In this document: positions 1 to 13,253 of the stretch, one piece after another
How the letters are laid out: every line of letters begins with the position of its first letter
Position numbering within the stretch: position 1 is the first letter of the stretch
Source: Hydrolagus colliei
Lineage: Eukaryota
Direction of reading: 5' to 3'
Length of the DNA stretch: 64,000 nucleotides
Assembly: GCA_035084275.1 (NCBI GenBank)
Contig: CM068762.1
Span: forward strand, 10,416,001-10,480,000
Notes under the pieces: generated by a model
Told to the model about the DNA's origin: nothing
The model's input: the letters and a program-made list of their open reading frames with translations, nothing else
The model's database searches: none
Translations under genes and position numbers: made by a program

Positions 1-197
1 CCACCAGGGGGTGGACCTTCACCAGGAATTGTCCTCATCCGGCAACGAGCATTTGTTCCCAGTTACGGGCTGTGGCAATGAGGTTATGAGGTTATGTCAG
101 GGGAAGGAATGGCCAGAGTGACACATGTTGGTGAGTGCTCGGTGTCACACCTGCAATCGGAAGCTCGGGCTGGGCGAGACATCTGAATCCGTGTGTC

Positions 198-560
198 AGC
201 CTGGCTCGGTAAGCGCTCTCACCTCTGAAGGCTGTGGGTCAGAATGATGTGGGTTCAAGCCTCACCCATGTCAGGCCTTGGAATCACACAGTCTCAATTG
301 AAGATCCGGGGTGGGGAGGGGAGGGGTGGGGTGGGGGGAGCGGGATGTTGTGTTGTCGGAGGTGCTATTCGCATGAGACGTTGAACCGAGGTCCCATCTC
401 CCATTTGCTAAAGATCCCATGGCACTGTTCGAAACGAGAAGGGCGTTGTTCATGGCCTCGTAGCCAAATAGCCCCCGAATAAAATTGGTCACACATTCCA
501 GGGCTTAGCGTGCGACATTACTGTTCTCAACTGGCGGCCGCATCTCGCCCAGAGACTTCT
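198..560 (+). mobile_element. Deu-domain SINE (AmnSINE1/SacSINE1-like), old copy
   Basis: tRNA-like head, then gtcggaggtgct...gatgagacgttgaaccgaggtccc...aaagatcccatggcact...gaagggc, matching the DeuSINE central domain as I recall it. Confidence 0.75.
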
Positions 561-714
561 GAGTTCTGACTGAATTTGAGAATGATCCAAGCATTTTTGC
601 GTGACCTTAAGACAAAATGGAATGAAAAATTACGTCCGATTCCAAGCCTTTGTCTACAAGTCACTTTGGAGTTCACAGGATACACCTGTGAAATCAATCC
701 TCGAGATTAACATC

Positions 715-930
715 ATAGCCTCGCCCCACCCTACATCTGTGACCTCCTGTCCCCTTACCAACCTGCCCACCCACTCCGCTCCGTGGGCTCTGGCCTGCTC
801 CACGTCCCCCGACCCACCCGCCCCACCATTGGCGGGCGAGCCTTTAATCACTCTGCCGCCAACCTCTGGAACTCCTTCAAGTCTCGCCTCAAGACTCTCC
901 TCTTCGATGGATCCATCAGAAACTCCTTTG
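715..930 (+). mobile_element. L2 LINE 3' fragment
   Basis: GSGLLHVPRPTRPTIGGRAFNHSAANLWNS...KSRLKTLLF. Confidence 0.85.
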
Positions 931-2519
931 ACATAGCGCCTTATCATGTCTTCGAGACGTCTCAACGCGCTTCACAGAACATAGTGTAAAGTGGACTGAC
1001 TGTGCATTTTGTAGCTGAAACGCAGCAGCCAGTCGCCCCCGGAAAGCGATCTGCCAATCGTCTAACAATGCCGGATTGTATAGTCTGCTTGTAAAGTCAT
1101 CAAGCTCAGTCTTTGTTTATCAATTTAGAAGCCAAATTGAATCCTGGCTCCTTAAATAGAATGCAATCCTCAAGTAAACATTAGCAGGACGAACACTGTG
1201 GCGGTTATTTAGCTGTGAATTGAAGGAAACGGGGAGGAAGATCTGGTCTGAAGGGGTCATGGTCTATTTATTATTGTTTTCTAAACTGCTGGCCAACCTC
1301 ATAGGTTTCGGTCAATCATTTAATGTTGGTTGTGTGTGCAGAGGGCAGTGCTGGGATTATATATACATTAGCAGCAGATTTTCAACATCATTTCTGTAAA
1401 GCCAGCCCACAATTACACCCCAATATTGTGCTCCTGTTTTGCTCCGAGATCCAACTCAGTGAGTGCTACATTCTGAGCGTAAATGTGGTCTCCGTTTGTC
1501 TATACGATACAGTCAACCACACTTTACAGTCAGTCCTGCGAAGCCTTTTGAGAACTGAAAGCCAATGCATCAAACGCAAGCAGGGTGAGAGCGGGTCTCA
1601 ACATGGAAATATAGGTGAGGCCTGTACAACAATGAGATGTGGGTGTGGCTGCGTGCGCTCGCATTTCCCGCAGGTCCATGGTTGAGGTGGTACTTGAGCC
1701 GATCGCAACTCTTGAGTGCGACCTTGTGGTTTTGCTTTGAAAGCTTTTTTTTAAAAAAGAAAATAACCCACCATTTTGTTTTGCGGGCTGGGGGGAGTGG
1801 GGAAGGGTTGAAAAAAAAATCGCCACAATTGTAGAGTAATTTAGAACGGGAGAGTTGTCCCCACACTGACATAGCACCCAATGAAACCGTCGCCACGTTC
1901 CAAGTCTTTCAGCAGCAAATCTATATTATCTGAGTCATCCAGGCAGCCTCTGTTGAAATGGACTTCCCCACACCCCACCCCCTCCAAGTCAATGCACCTA
2001 GTTTAACCTCATTCATATCTATTCATCTCATTGCCATCTATTTTTTGTTGTTGCGTTATATCCCAAAACGGATTTCTTAATTAGGAATCTGCAAGCCTGC
2101 AACACTGACGTTACATTTTCAATTGAACTACCAGAGCTAACATACTGAGTATTATTGGATGTGTGGAGCCAGTTCAAAATTATTCCATTATGAGTCTTTT
2201 TTTGTGAAGTCAATCATTAAAGTCAATATTCTACGTTCTTATTCAATGATTCTTTCCCCACTCCCCTCCCACCCATCTCACTCGTTGCCAGAATTGAGTT
2301 CCAGAGAAACGATGACGGTGTCAGTGAAAAATACACAGAAAACTTAAAACCTGTGGTTGTAACAATAATAATACTCCTTACATTAGTTGGAACTGCCTTA
2401 CAGATCAGATAAGACTCTAATGTCTCCGATCACCAATCATTCGAAATTCAACCCGTAAGACCAACCATCTTGTCTTAAAATTTAAGACTGTGCAGTATAG
2501 TGGTGGCTTATTAACTCCC

Positions 2520-2930
2520 CTCATGTAGAGTATTTTCTAAAGCAGTGACATATATCTTTGCATCCTTGACTGTGGAGATGGAAGAGAGGGTTTTGCCATT
2601 GACTTTGAATCGGTGCTTGTCGGCGATGGGACGGTGGTTGGATGCACGACCACAAGTTGATGGGCATTTTGTCTGCTGAGAGCCGTGGTGTAAAGGTAAT
2701 TTGCCATCCAGCGCAAATTCCAATGCATGTCAGATCAACCCCTTGATGGTTTTGATCAAGATATCCTCAAGTGACAGGCCAGCCTGGAGCGAGACTCTTA
2801 AAAAGTATTTTGCCAAGTGTTCTCTGCCTTCTGGATGTGGAGCCACGGAGGGATCTGATCATGGTGGTCTCTCAAGACCCTTTGAGGCTCGGAAAGATAT
2901 CTAAATCGTGTGGGTCTATGCCAGTGCACC
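2520..2930 (-). mobile_element. highly decayed non-LTR retrotransposon ORF2 (RT C-terminal) fragment
   Basis: Minus-strand frames give PW..HIQK / YFLRVSLQAGLSLEDILIKTIKGLI*HALEFA / HRFKV, resembling the CR1/L2-group motif LYFLR.L...G....L..Y..LIRP.LEYA; frameshifts and an in-frame stop. Confidence 0.55.
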
Positions 2931-4448
2931 TTAGATGAGGCCTTGCCATTTCAAATGCCTTCTGAGTGCTTGCGAGGAGCACTGTGACATACACCAGGCA
3001 ACGCACTTACTCAACACAGATGGCCACAGTGAAACTTCACAGTGTATTACCTTGCTTTTCCGTACATTCATTGTAAGGGTTAAATTATTTCAAACATCTC
3101 GGCAACTATAAGCCGCAATTTCACACAGAAATGTGGAAGGGGGTTAAAAAGTGATGTATTCCTCTAAACAAACACTTTGGTGCTCCAGTGAGATTTAGAG
3201 TCCATTTTGTTTTTTAAAACAAAATTATCATTGTCTTTTTCTGTCACGCGTGTGTGTGTACGTGTATGTATGTGTGCGTTGCCGTTGTGCATTGCACTAA
3301 CATCCTATTTAATTCCTATTGGACGAAAACATTGCAGTTTATATTGAAAGTCAAGTTCATTGCTGTTGTGGCATGACTGGAACAGGCTGTGGACCTCATC
3401 AGGAGACCTAATAGCATGCAGGAGTCTGCAATTACATTGCTCGAAGGAAGTAGCATTTCAGGCTGTTTAAGCTTACAAAAAAGTGGAGGAGAACAACTTG
3501 GCAAAGTCTCCAGGTTTCTTACTGGTGGGTCTGATTGAGTACAAACTCACTCTGTGTGTGTGTGTGTTGGTTTGTTATTTTCAACAATGGTGAGAATGAA
3601 CGAAGAGACCACTCCAGGTTATTGCTAGCCAAGCTGTAACAATAAATTTTGTTCCCATTACTTGCTTGTTCACCTAAGTGGCCAGTGAGCGCTCTCGCGT
3701 TCCCGGGATCAAATGGTCGTAGGGTTCAGATCCTATATCTGGATAAAGGGTTAAAGATGTGAAATGTTTCACAGCAGTTTGCGAATCTATCGCATTTTTC
3801 CATCTTCTGCTGTGCGCAATTGGGCTGCCGCATTTCGCCCACAAAATACACAGGCAATTGAATTCACTTTACAGTGTGTTCTGTGAAGCGCTTTGAACGC
3901 ATGAAAAACGCATGAAGAAGGGTCACGAGGAGTATTATTGTTAAGACTGTCTGCGAGAGTGAGCGAAACGTGGAATATTTCCCTGTTGCTCTTCTCAACT
4001 TTGGCCCCACGGTTGGAGCCAGGATTTCAGTGGCTGGGATTGCCGTTGCTGGGGTTGCCAGGGAGATAGCATTCCGGGCTGTCCCACTTGACGGGACAAC
4101 CCGCTCGGTCCGAAGTGAACTTGACAATCCGGAGATCCTTAGCAACATTGACGAGCGCTAACCAGGCCAAAGTCAGAAGGTATCCAGGTCTTTGCAGACT
4201 ACAAACGGAGTAAATTTTCCTGGCCATGTGGGTTCCAGCGAACGCAATGGCAACCCGTCAAGCGAGAATTGGGAACAGATGGGAACAATCTGAGAATTGA
4301 GAAACATACTGTAATTCAATTTGGCCGGCTTTGGGAGCCTTTTGAATGCTGTTGGCCTGGATGTTGTTGCAGGAAAAGCAGTAAATTAGTCGAAATAACA
4401 GCCGAGGTTAAAGGGAACTAATAATGCTTCGGAACCACGGAATGGAGT

Positions 4449-4554
4449 GTGGAGTCATCTAGCTCAGTGGTTAGAGCACTCGCCTTGCAAGCGAGAGACT
4501 TGGGTTTGATTCCAGGCAGGACAGGGCGAAACCTTGGGCAAGTTTCCTTACTCC

Positions 4555-4594
<40 letters not shown>

Positions 4595-4730
4595 GCCTGA
4601 TAATAATCCCTCAAAAAAAAACACTTGGTCACTTCAAGCCACTTCTTGTTTGTGGGACAGTCACTTCAATCCAGGACTGCTGTGCGCAATTGGTTGCCTC
4701 ATTTCATCCACAAATATACAGACAATTTAA
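4449..4730 (+). mobile_element. tRNA-derived SINE, short form with internal (AC)n, 3' truncated
   Basis: Same head and body as 60810-61140. Confidence 0.9.
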
Positions 4731-7700
4731 CACAGGATCCCCGAGACTTTCAAAAGTGCGGAGTGATTCGGGAAGGAGCTGGACCTGAACTCTGCTCAAA
4801 CTCTCTCCCGGAGTTGGTTCTTTGTCAGAAACCAGAGAATTCTCTTCCGAACCATAAAAGGGGCTAGGAAGCTTTGTAGCTTTGGAGACTCGAGACAGAC
4901 CAGTTCTTGCATTCCAGTGCAGCATGAGAATAACTGGCCCTGTCTAAATCAATAATTCTGAGGGGAGAGCTTGCTCCCACAATGGCATTTAGGTCAGGAG
5001 TTGTGTGCATCCTGAAATTACTCTTTACTGTCCACAGAATGAATGACACTGTTAGACTTCTCCCCCACCTCACCCCCACCCCCCACTTCCACACACCCAC
5101 CACCAACATTATGGATCACTGACTAGCAGAGAATTGCTGCCTAGTTCATAAATAAAGATGAATTTGATTCACTGGGTTGGTTGATGGCCCAAGGAACTAT
5201 ACCCTGTGAGTCACTGCCTTCAGCAGATTGGTGGGGGGTGGGGGGGTTGGAAGAGGGTAGCCAAGACGACATTCAGACCAAATATTGAGTTTATGGTTGT
5301 TTAAAATCAAATTTCCTGCTGCGCTTCACATATGCTGATAATTTAACCGAAGTTAGACGGCTAACAAATTCTTTCTGGCTGCCAATCAGTGCCCCGCGCT
5401 TTGAGCAAAAGCATTAGCAAAACTGTGCTGGCCCGAGCTCAGTAAACACTTTATTGAAGCTGTGAGAGACCAAGGGGAAGACATTTTTTAAACGTTTAGC
5501 CCCTTTGCAAAACTTGCATTGTCCACATTTACGTGTTGTTGCACATGGACTCGGGGCCTCACTGCGTGGTTGCAAGAGGACATTTTCATGAGGTTTGCAT
5601 CGATTCTGTAACCGCCCCCCCCCCCCCACCCCTCTCGTACAAGCTTGCTGGTGAAGAGTGATGGAAGCCAGGACGATGAACGCTCCTTTGCAAAGCAGCG
5701 TAACACTGTCATAATAATCCTTGCGTTTGATGCCGCGCCTTATCGCGTTGTTCAAAGTGCTTCGTAGGATATACCGTGAAGTGTATTTTGTTGGCGAATT
5801 GCAGCAGCCAACAGTCACTGGATTCAGTGAGCCGATTATCATTTATTTTCGTGGGAGAATGGTATTTCTCAAGGCCAAGATCAGGTGGGCCGAAGGGCCT
5901 CCTTAATCCAAACCAATGAGCTGAAGCAGGCCTATAAACGTCCACGAGCAGCACTGTACGCGATTCACTGAACCACTAAGTACAAACAAGCTATAAAACG
6001 ACCTTAAAAACTGAGCAACTAACTGAACAGCGATGGTGAAATTTGCCAGTTTGTAATCATTGGATATCATATGGCGGTGATTAATCCCGTCACAGAGGGA
6101 ATAAACTCGCAATTTTCATACCCATAGAAGGTAAGTTCTGCCCCCGACATTTTGTGGGTTTGATCTCACCTCCCGTTCATTGTTGAATCTAATCTTCCCC
6201 AGGATCAGCTTCCCGCTTAATAACAACTCGCTACTTGCCAGGGAGGGGAAAATGGATCTTACAAGAGCTCCACCGTGGAGAGGAAGAGAATGGAAAGCAT
6301 GAGTCATTGGGTGTGTGTTAAATACTCTGATTGCATGAACGTTTGCAGCCTCAGTCATAAAACGCCCACGTTGTGTAAGATGTATGAAGTCACTCCGCAG
6401 ATGTCTCCAAGTGACATTGGTTTACTCTTAACATCTGGCGTCTGTGCGCAGCTTTCGAAAGCATCTCCACGTAAGACAGCCAATAATGTGTTGAATGTGG
6501 GCCACAGACTTGCAGATCAATTTAGGGCAAAATGAACAAGGGAGCAGTCTGTTCACCTCCTTTGGAACCGCTCGAGGCAAGCAGTCGACTGATTTTTGAG
6601 GAGAATCTCTATTTTGTTGGAAAGGCTTCTCGAGTCAATATTACAGCTGCAAGCAAACTTGGCCTCTCGAGAACAGTTTTATGAATCAACACTTAAGGTT
6701 CTGGGACGAGATAGACCTGAACTTGTTCACCCTTCTCCCCACCCCACCGCCTCCCCACCCAATGGCTCCCACAGATGCTCTACTTTTGTTTTGTTTCCCT
6801 TTTAGCAAAGCACCGAATGAAACCAGAAAAGACAAACGGAAAATGAAAGTGACATGTAAATTGCGATCCATAATTAAACCTTTCCCTTCCCCCAACAATT
6901 TCTCTTATAAAAATAATAATCAATTGGTCGCTTCAATCCACGGCTGTTTGTGGGGACGCTGCTGTGCCCGCGTTTCGCCCAAGAAATGTAGTCAATTCGC
7001 CTGATGGTGAAGCGCTTTTGAGACGTCTCGAAGACGTGATAGGTGCTATATCAAAATCAAGGATGATTGTTATTGCTGTTGTAGTGTAATTATTGTGTTT
7101 TTTGGGCAGAAAGCTGTGGGATACTCTCTTGTGTTTATTAAAAATGAGGGATTAGGCACGCTGTACACCATAGAATTTTCAGCACCTCGCTATCTCATTC
7201 CTTACAAATGACTTGTGGGTTCCCAGTTTTGGCAAGGACGTCGAGACCTCCTCCCGTTGTGAGTTTAAATCGTACTGTGTTATTAGTGTTTCTTGATAAC
7301 ATGTGGTTTCACTCACCGCATCTGTCTAACATATAAAAGGTCCCCCTTCCCCCCCCCCCCCCCCCACTCACCCCCACCACACACTCCCAGCCGTGATCAG
7401 TTTTGGTGTTTGTCTTACTGTGTTTTCTTCAGTGGAAAAAGTGGATTTTTTTTGCAGCTGAACATGTGCAAAGTCTAATGTTCAAAACACAATCTGTTTC
7501 GAGGCCAAATTGAGTAGAGCTTTGCTTTGTTTTGGCCCAGCCCAGTTAAACAGATCGAATCGGAGATAAGGTCATACGCCTGGCTGAGATTTGAAATTAT
7601 CCCTGATGAGAATTGCATTTATTATGGTAACTCCTTGACTCTTCCCACAACAAGTAACATTTCAGCTGTAACCACGAGATGGAAGGAAGGGAGGCGAACA

Positions 7701-9157
7701 CAGCAACGAAATGGAGGGAGTGGTGTTGAGATTGTTTAGGCTCAGGTCAATCCGAGACCCTCGTGTTACTTTAACTGGGAATAAAAATAACATTGTCTGG
7801 GTGAAAAATCAAAGATAATAGTAATAATCCTTGCAATTTACATAGCACTTGATCATGTGGTGTGAGACATCTCAAAGGGCTTCACAGAAGGGAGTTTCTC
7901 TCTTCCGGTGTCCTGGCCAACAATCTCCCAATAAAACCGAACATTCACATTATGGCTGTTTGCGGGACATTCCTGTTTGCTAATTAGCCTGTAAAATACA
8001 CTCGTAGTGCGTTGAGATGCACCTCCGATGTGAAAGGATCCACATCGAATGTAAGGATTTATTATTTGATTCATAAAGGGGAGATGGTTAGGCGGGAGAT
8101 CACAATCAGGCCAATTGACACAAGTTGCCAATTCATTTATTGACGTTGGGCAAGTTTTATTTTTCGGGGACACATGTTGCAGATGTGAGAGATTGGAGCC
8201 AGAAAGTGGGATTAACGGTAAAGTTTTGACTGTCAAAAAACAGTTAGCCAATAGCGCGGACACACTGCGCTAAAAATGTCAATGTTTCCATACTTTCAAA
8301 TAGTTTTCAAACCCAAATCTACAAGTACCCCTCAAAGCATAGACTCGATATTCACCAACCAAAACATCTTGCTTGGTGCTTGGATCAATTCTGCTCCAGC
8401 AAGAAAGTTTCTAATCTTTTCCATATGTGTTCCTCCCGGGTTGGAGGACTGCAACTTTAACAAGAGGCATCTCGTTTTGCTGTGTTTGTGTGTGTGTGTG
8501 TTTTTAAAGTGTGCTAAAATGCTCGTCAAATGTTATTTAAAAAAATACAGAGAGAGAACTGCAAGAAGAATGCAATCATTGTTCTTTAAATTAGAATATG
8601 AGGTTTAGCTTGCACAGACAATTCTTCGAGTGACTGACTGCAACGAAGGAAGTTGCCTCAGTAAAATAGAAATGTTTCAGCCTGGCGAGGAAAGAATGCA
8701 AGGAAATGACTGAAAAGAGGCACTCACTCACTGTGTACTCCATACTAATTCTATTAATCATCACGATGGAATTGGGTGGGTAACCCATTCTGCCTCACTG
8801 GACAGGACGAGAAGATGGAGGTGATAAGCCAGTGGTTACAGGAATTCTGTAATAAGTTTAATAGAGGTAGTGGTGGGGGTGGGAGGGAGGGAGTGGGGGG
8901 AGGGGTGGTGGGGTGGAAATGGACTTAATGGAGTAAATTAAATTACGTTCCAATTTAAACAGCAATTATGGTAGAGGAAAAATGTGATACAGAGATTCCC
9001 AGCTCAGAAACTCGCAGATGTACCCTGAGATCCTGCATTGTGCTCTTTATTGCGGATCTGAACAGGCTTTAATTATAATGCATCTGATGTAGCACTTTTC
9101 ACGTCTTCCAGACGTCTCAAAGCGCTTCACAGAATACACCAAAGTGGATTCACTTTA

Positions 9158-10021
9158 CAGTAGAACCTCGGTTGGCAACCAACTCAGTGGCGCAACCACC
9201 CCGCCTAGGGGAGCAATCATAGTCAGTCCAGAATATTTCCTAACTCATTTCCAGTTAAATAAACCTCACTGACGTGATCCCCCCCCCCCCACCCTGGTTC
9301 CCGGACCACGGCCACTGATTTGGCGGTTCCCAAATAACATTTTCATGGTCCTAACGCGACCACTCTGGCCAATCAGGGAACAAAAGCACGTGGGGTTTGG
9401 GGTGGTGGGGGGGCTGCGGCGTGACGTCACCGAGACAAGATGGCGGCGCGGATTTGAAGAGGTCAAGTGAGCGGCCATTTTGTCAGACAGTTTAAAAAAA
9501 AAAGAGAGACAATAGCTGCAGGTAACGGAGCGTCCGGCCCACCTCCCCCAGCCTCGAGTATCCCCACTCCCCGACTCCGAGAGACCTCCTCCAAGTATCC
9601 CCCTCCACCCCGGCCTCCAGACATTCACTCCCCGGTCTCGAGTATCCTCCCTCCCTCGCCGGCCTCGTGTACTTCCCCCTCCCCCGAGACTCCCCGGCCT
9701 CGAGTAATTGGAATCGAAAGGATTAGCTGAGGTTAAGATCGGCCATGATTTAATTAAATGGCAGAATGGCCCATACCTGTTGCTATTAGTATTCTTTCTC
9801 CCCCCCCCACCCCCAGCCTAGAGTACCCCCCTTCCCCGGCCTCGAGTACCCCCACTCCCTGGCCTCTCCGACTCTGCGTGGACGGTAGCCAATAGTTTAA
9901 TCTTCCATCCAGCAGAATCGACACCTCACTAACTCAACCCCCCCCCCCCCCCCCCCACCCCCCGTCAACACGACTACCTGGTCATGGCCCCGTGGGTGGC
10001 CGCGTTACTGAGGTTCTACTG
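9158..10021. mobile_element. Tigger/pogo-like (Tc1-mariner) MITE
   Basis: TIRs CAGTAGAACCTCGGT / ACTGAGGTTCTACTG (1 mismatch in 15); TA on the left flank, AA on the right; interrupts a - strand SINE tail that resumes at ~10025. Confidence 0.8.
9545..9870 (+). repeat. CCCCGGCCTCGAGTA-type minisatellite interrupted by a CR1 3' tail
   Basis: Several ~23-25 bp units containing CTCGAGTA; 9705-9797 matches the CR1 tail seen at 22860-22960. Confidence 0.75.
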
Positions 10022-11139
10022 AAAACGTGTGGGAGAAACGCGGCAGCCAATTGTGCACAGCTGTGTCTCGCAAACAGTCGTGGATTGAATATTTGCCTTA
10101 AACACCCTCATTGGGTAGACAGCACCTCTGACAACACAGCGCATCCCTAGCCCTACAGTGGTAAGTCAGCCTAGGCTTTGAATTTATCGTTCAAATGTGT
10201 GGCTTGAAACCCGCCAATATAGTATATTCTATGAAGCGCTTTGGGACGTCGATAAGATGTGAAAAGTGCTATTATCAAATGCAAGGATTATTGTTATTAT
10301 TATAATTCTGACCCAGAGGACAGACTGATATCAACCTAACTAAACCAGGCTGACACTTGATATTGTAGCCTTACTCAAGCAGTTATTCCTTTGATGGTGA
10401 GTGTTCTGCTCGCCGCATACAATGTTGGCAGGTGCTTCTAAGTGCTGAGAAGCACTTAGAAGCACAACGGAAGTTTTGTCATACTAAGATGGAGTCATAC
10501 CCACAGACTGAATGCGGTGGTTGTGGGATATTCAGAGCGGAAAGACGATGATCATACTCATTCACTCTGAGTCACTCTTGCCTGTGTTTGAGGCCAAGTC
10601 GTGGAGAGCTCTGCCCGGTTCAGTGAACACTCCCGCTCTTAGAGATCCGGTCCACGGCTTTCTCTCTCTGAACCTCAGCGTCAAAAGACTGCGTGTGTGT
10701 GTGTTTGGGTCAGCTATGGTGTATGTAAATAGACAAACAATGAGAGGGGGGGAAAGGGAGATGGGTGGAGAGAAAGTTAAAAAAAAATCCTTGCATTTTT
10801 CACAAGGTACACTGGAGTAAAGTGGATTGAGTGTGTATTTTGTGGGCAAGAAAATGTGGAAAGCAGCTACACACAGCAGCAGTGTCCCACAAACAGCTGG
10901 GAAGTGAGTGACTGTTTTATTGGGGAGATTGTTAGTTCTATCCTGCCCGATAATGATTCAGGCGCCCGGAAATTCAAGAACTGAATCATAAATCTCCCTG
11001 ACCCTCAACTGTAACACTGAGCATCTTCTTCAGCTAACTCCAGTGATTGTTTCCGTGTGCTGGAAGCAGAATGGCGGGGTGGGGTGGGTGGGATTAGGAG
11101 AAACTGTAAATAAGAAGTAGCGTGTGGGCACCGAAAGAA

Positions 11140-11402
11140 TAATAATAATCCTCAGCTCTTAGCGCTTCACAGAATACACTGTAAAGTGAATTGACTGTAT
11201 ATTTGTGCGCGAAATGCGGCAGCCAATTGCGCACAGCGGCGTCCCCCCACAAACAGTCATGGATTGAAGTGATCAAATTATTATAGCTTGTTTCTTTGAG
11301 GGATTATTATCATGCCTGTGGAGTAAGGAAACTTGCCGGGAATCAAACCCAGGTGTGTTGCTTGCGAGGCGAGTGCTCTAACCACTGAGCTACAGGAATC
11401 CC
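11140..11402 (-). mobile_element. tRNA-derived SINE, short form
   Basis: Reverse complement of the family consensus, ending gctctaaccactgagctacagg. Confidence 0.88.
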
Positions 11403-12299
11403 TCTACTACATGTATTGAATACACTGCAATAGTCGCATGACGGACCAAGTGTAGAATAGGGACTTGAGTACAAGTTTAAAAAGGTGGCTAATGTTTCAG
11501 AAAAGGGTCTCTTCAGAAACCGTTCCAGGCAAGTTTTCCTCGCCGGAAATGGAGATTCTCATTCGAAAAGGTCAAGCGATGCATGAGGAAGAGGCTGTTT
11601 GGGAAAGGCTAAAGTAAACACAGGTTTCGTCAATGTGGCCTCTTTACTCATTAATTTAGGGTGGAACACACAGGAAACCTAGCTCTTCTCTCTTAGGGTA
11701 TGCGTTAACCATGTTCTTTAGCCCATCAATGCGTTTGGACTTGAATCTTACCTTCGGATTCCTAATTTAATCACTTTGTCGCTGCTTGAAGCAGGATTGT
11801 TGACACTAACTGATTAAAAAGTGCTAAATTTGGAAGGCTGGGAGAAAGTCACTGTTAATTCCAACGGGTTAAAGGGAATCTGCGCTTGAGACCACTATTT
11901 CAATAGTCCACCAAAGACCCTCTGGTCTATCACGTGCCGATCGCTAACAGTTGTGAATGCAACATATGTGGAAGAGGAGATGCCAATTTTCAGAGGAAGC
12001 AACACGAGTTAATTCTGGAACTGTTCCAGTGAGAATTAATTCAACAGAAAGGTCAAAACACATGGTTATTTCAAGTGTCTTGATAATCTTCAGCCTAAAA
12101 TTTCACGGAGCCTTGGTCTGCTAAGAACCGTGTGGTTTTTTTTGTCTTAAAATTTAAGATCACAAGGACATAATGGAAAATATTTCATTTTATTTTGGGT
12201 CTTGGCTGGTTTGTTTCTATCAACCTGCAGGAGTCCAGACTCTGCCAAATTAGAACTGAATCTAAGGATATTCCACATAATCTGGTGGAAACCCATTCA

Positions 12300-12602
12300 A
12301 GCTGTTCATTCAATCCTCCCAACCTTTCTGACCCGCTTTCTCCACACTACACAACCCGCTGCCTCTGCTCTGGACTCCTGCATGTTCCTTGTCCCCTCCG
12401 CTCCACCAAGCTTTGGAACTCTCTTCACCAAATTCCTCTGCCTTGCCCCCTCCTTCCCCTCTTTTAGGTCAAAGACCTTCCTCTTTGACCATGCGTACAA
12501 TCACCTCCCTCCCCCCCAGCACACCTTCAGGCTCCGCCACTGTTAAGCACTCGGAGACACTGCCCTACGTGAAGAAGACTATATAAAAGCAAGTTGTTGT
12601 TG
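12300..12602 (+). mobile_element. L2 LINE 3' end
   Basis: Same motifs as 14130-14428 with a (GTT)n tail. Similar pieces at ~22250-22400 (+), 25340-25570 (-), 26480-26730 (+), 38767-39030 (-) and 42435-42825 (+). Confidence 0.8.
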
Positions 12603-13253
12603 CCCCCACCTTCAAGCCTCTCCCCTTCATATACCTGTGTACTTTCCTCTTGGAACCCACAGTGGGCCATACCTTTTCCGCTCTCTTAATGGCGAACTCA
12701 TCTCCCAATTGTAAGGCGAACACAGTTTCATAGGCAATTTTGAGATGGAATTTCAGAAACGAATCCTTGAGATTGGATATGGAAGATTTAGGTTTTTTTG
12801 TCTACAAAATTCAGGAAATCTTTTGAGAAACGCAACACCAAAGTTGTCGCTTAATGGGAAATATTACAACTCGCACTCGCAGGCCCTGGTTGCAATATTT
12901 GCGAAAAACTCGAAAAGGTTCCTGACTCAACAGAAATTTATGAGGGATATTGGACTGCTGCCAAGGTAAGAGGGAAAAGGAAGTGGTTTCAGTGGGGAGT
13001 GGATATGGAAAAGGACAACACGACGACTTTGATGGGCTGCATGCATATTTCTCATTCCAATTCCCTTGTGGGTTCTATGAAGTTTATGCCAGATATCAAG
13101 TTGTACAAACAACCTTCCTGTAAACATACTCTTTGTGCCAACTTGGGTTGTCCCAACATTTCTTGTCTGCTCAGGTTTAAGACTGTTGTCTTCAAATTCA
13201 AAATTGTATCAAATTATTGAAATATAGTGTTAAATTCAACGTTAGTTTGTCGG

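Noticed and set aside
4050-4257. GGGTTGCCA ... TGGCAACCC, possible old hAT TIR pair
   Set aside because: Only 9 bp of inverted match and no TSD; insufficient evidence.
4449-4520. tRNA-like sequences (also 27727, 59170, 60810)
   Set aside because: These are SINE heads: no closing acceptor stem, and they continue into the repeat body.
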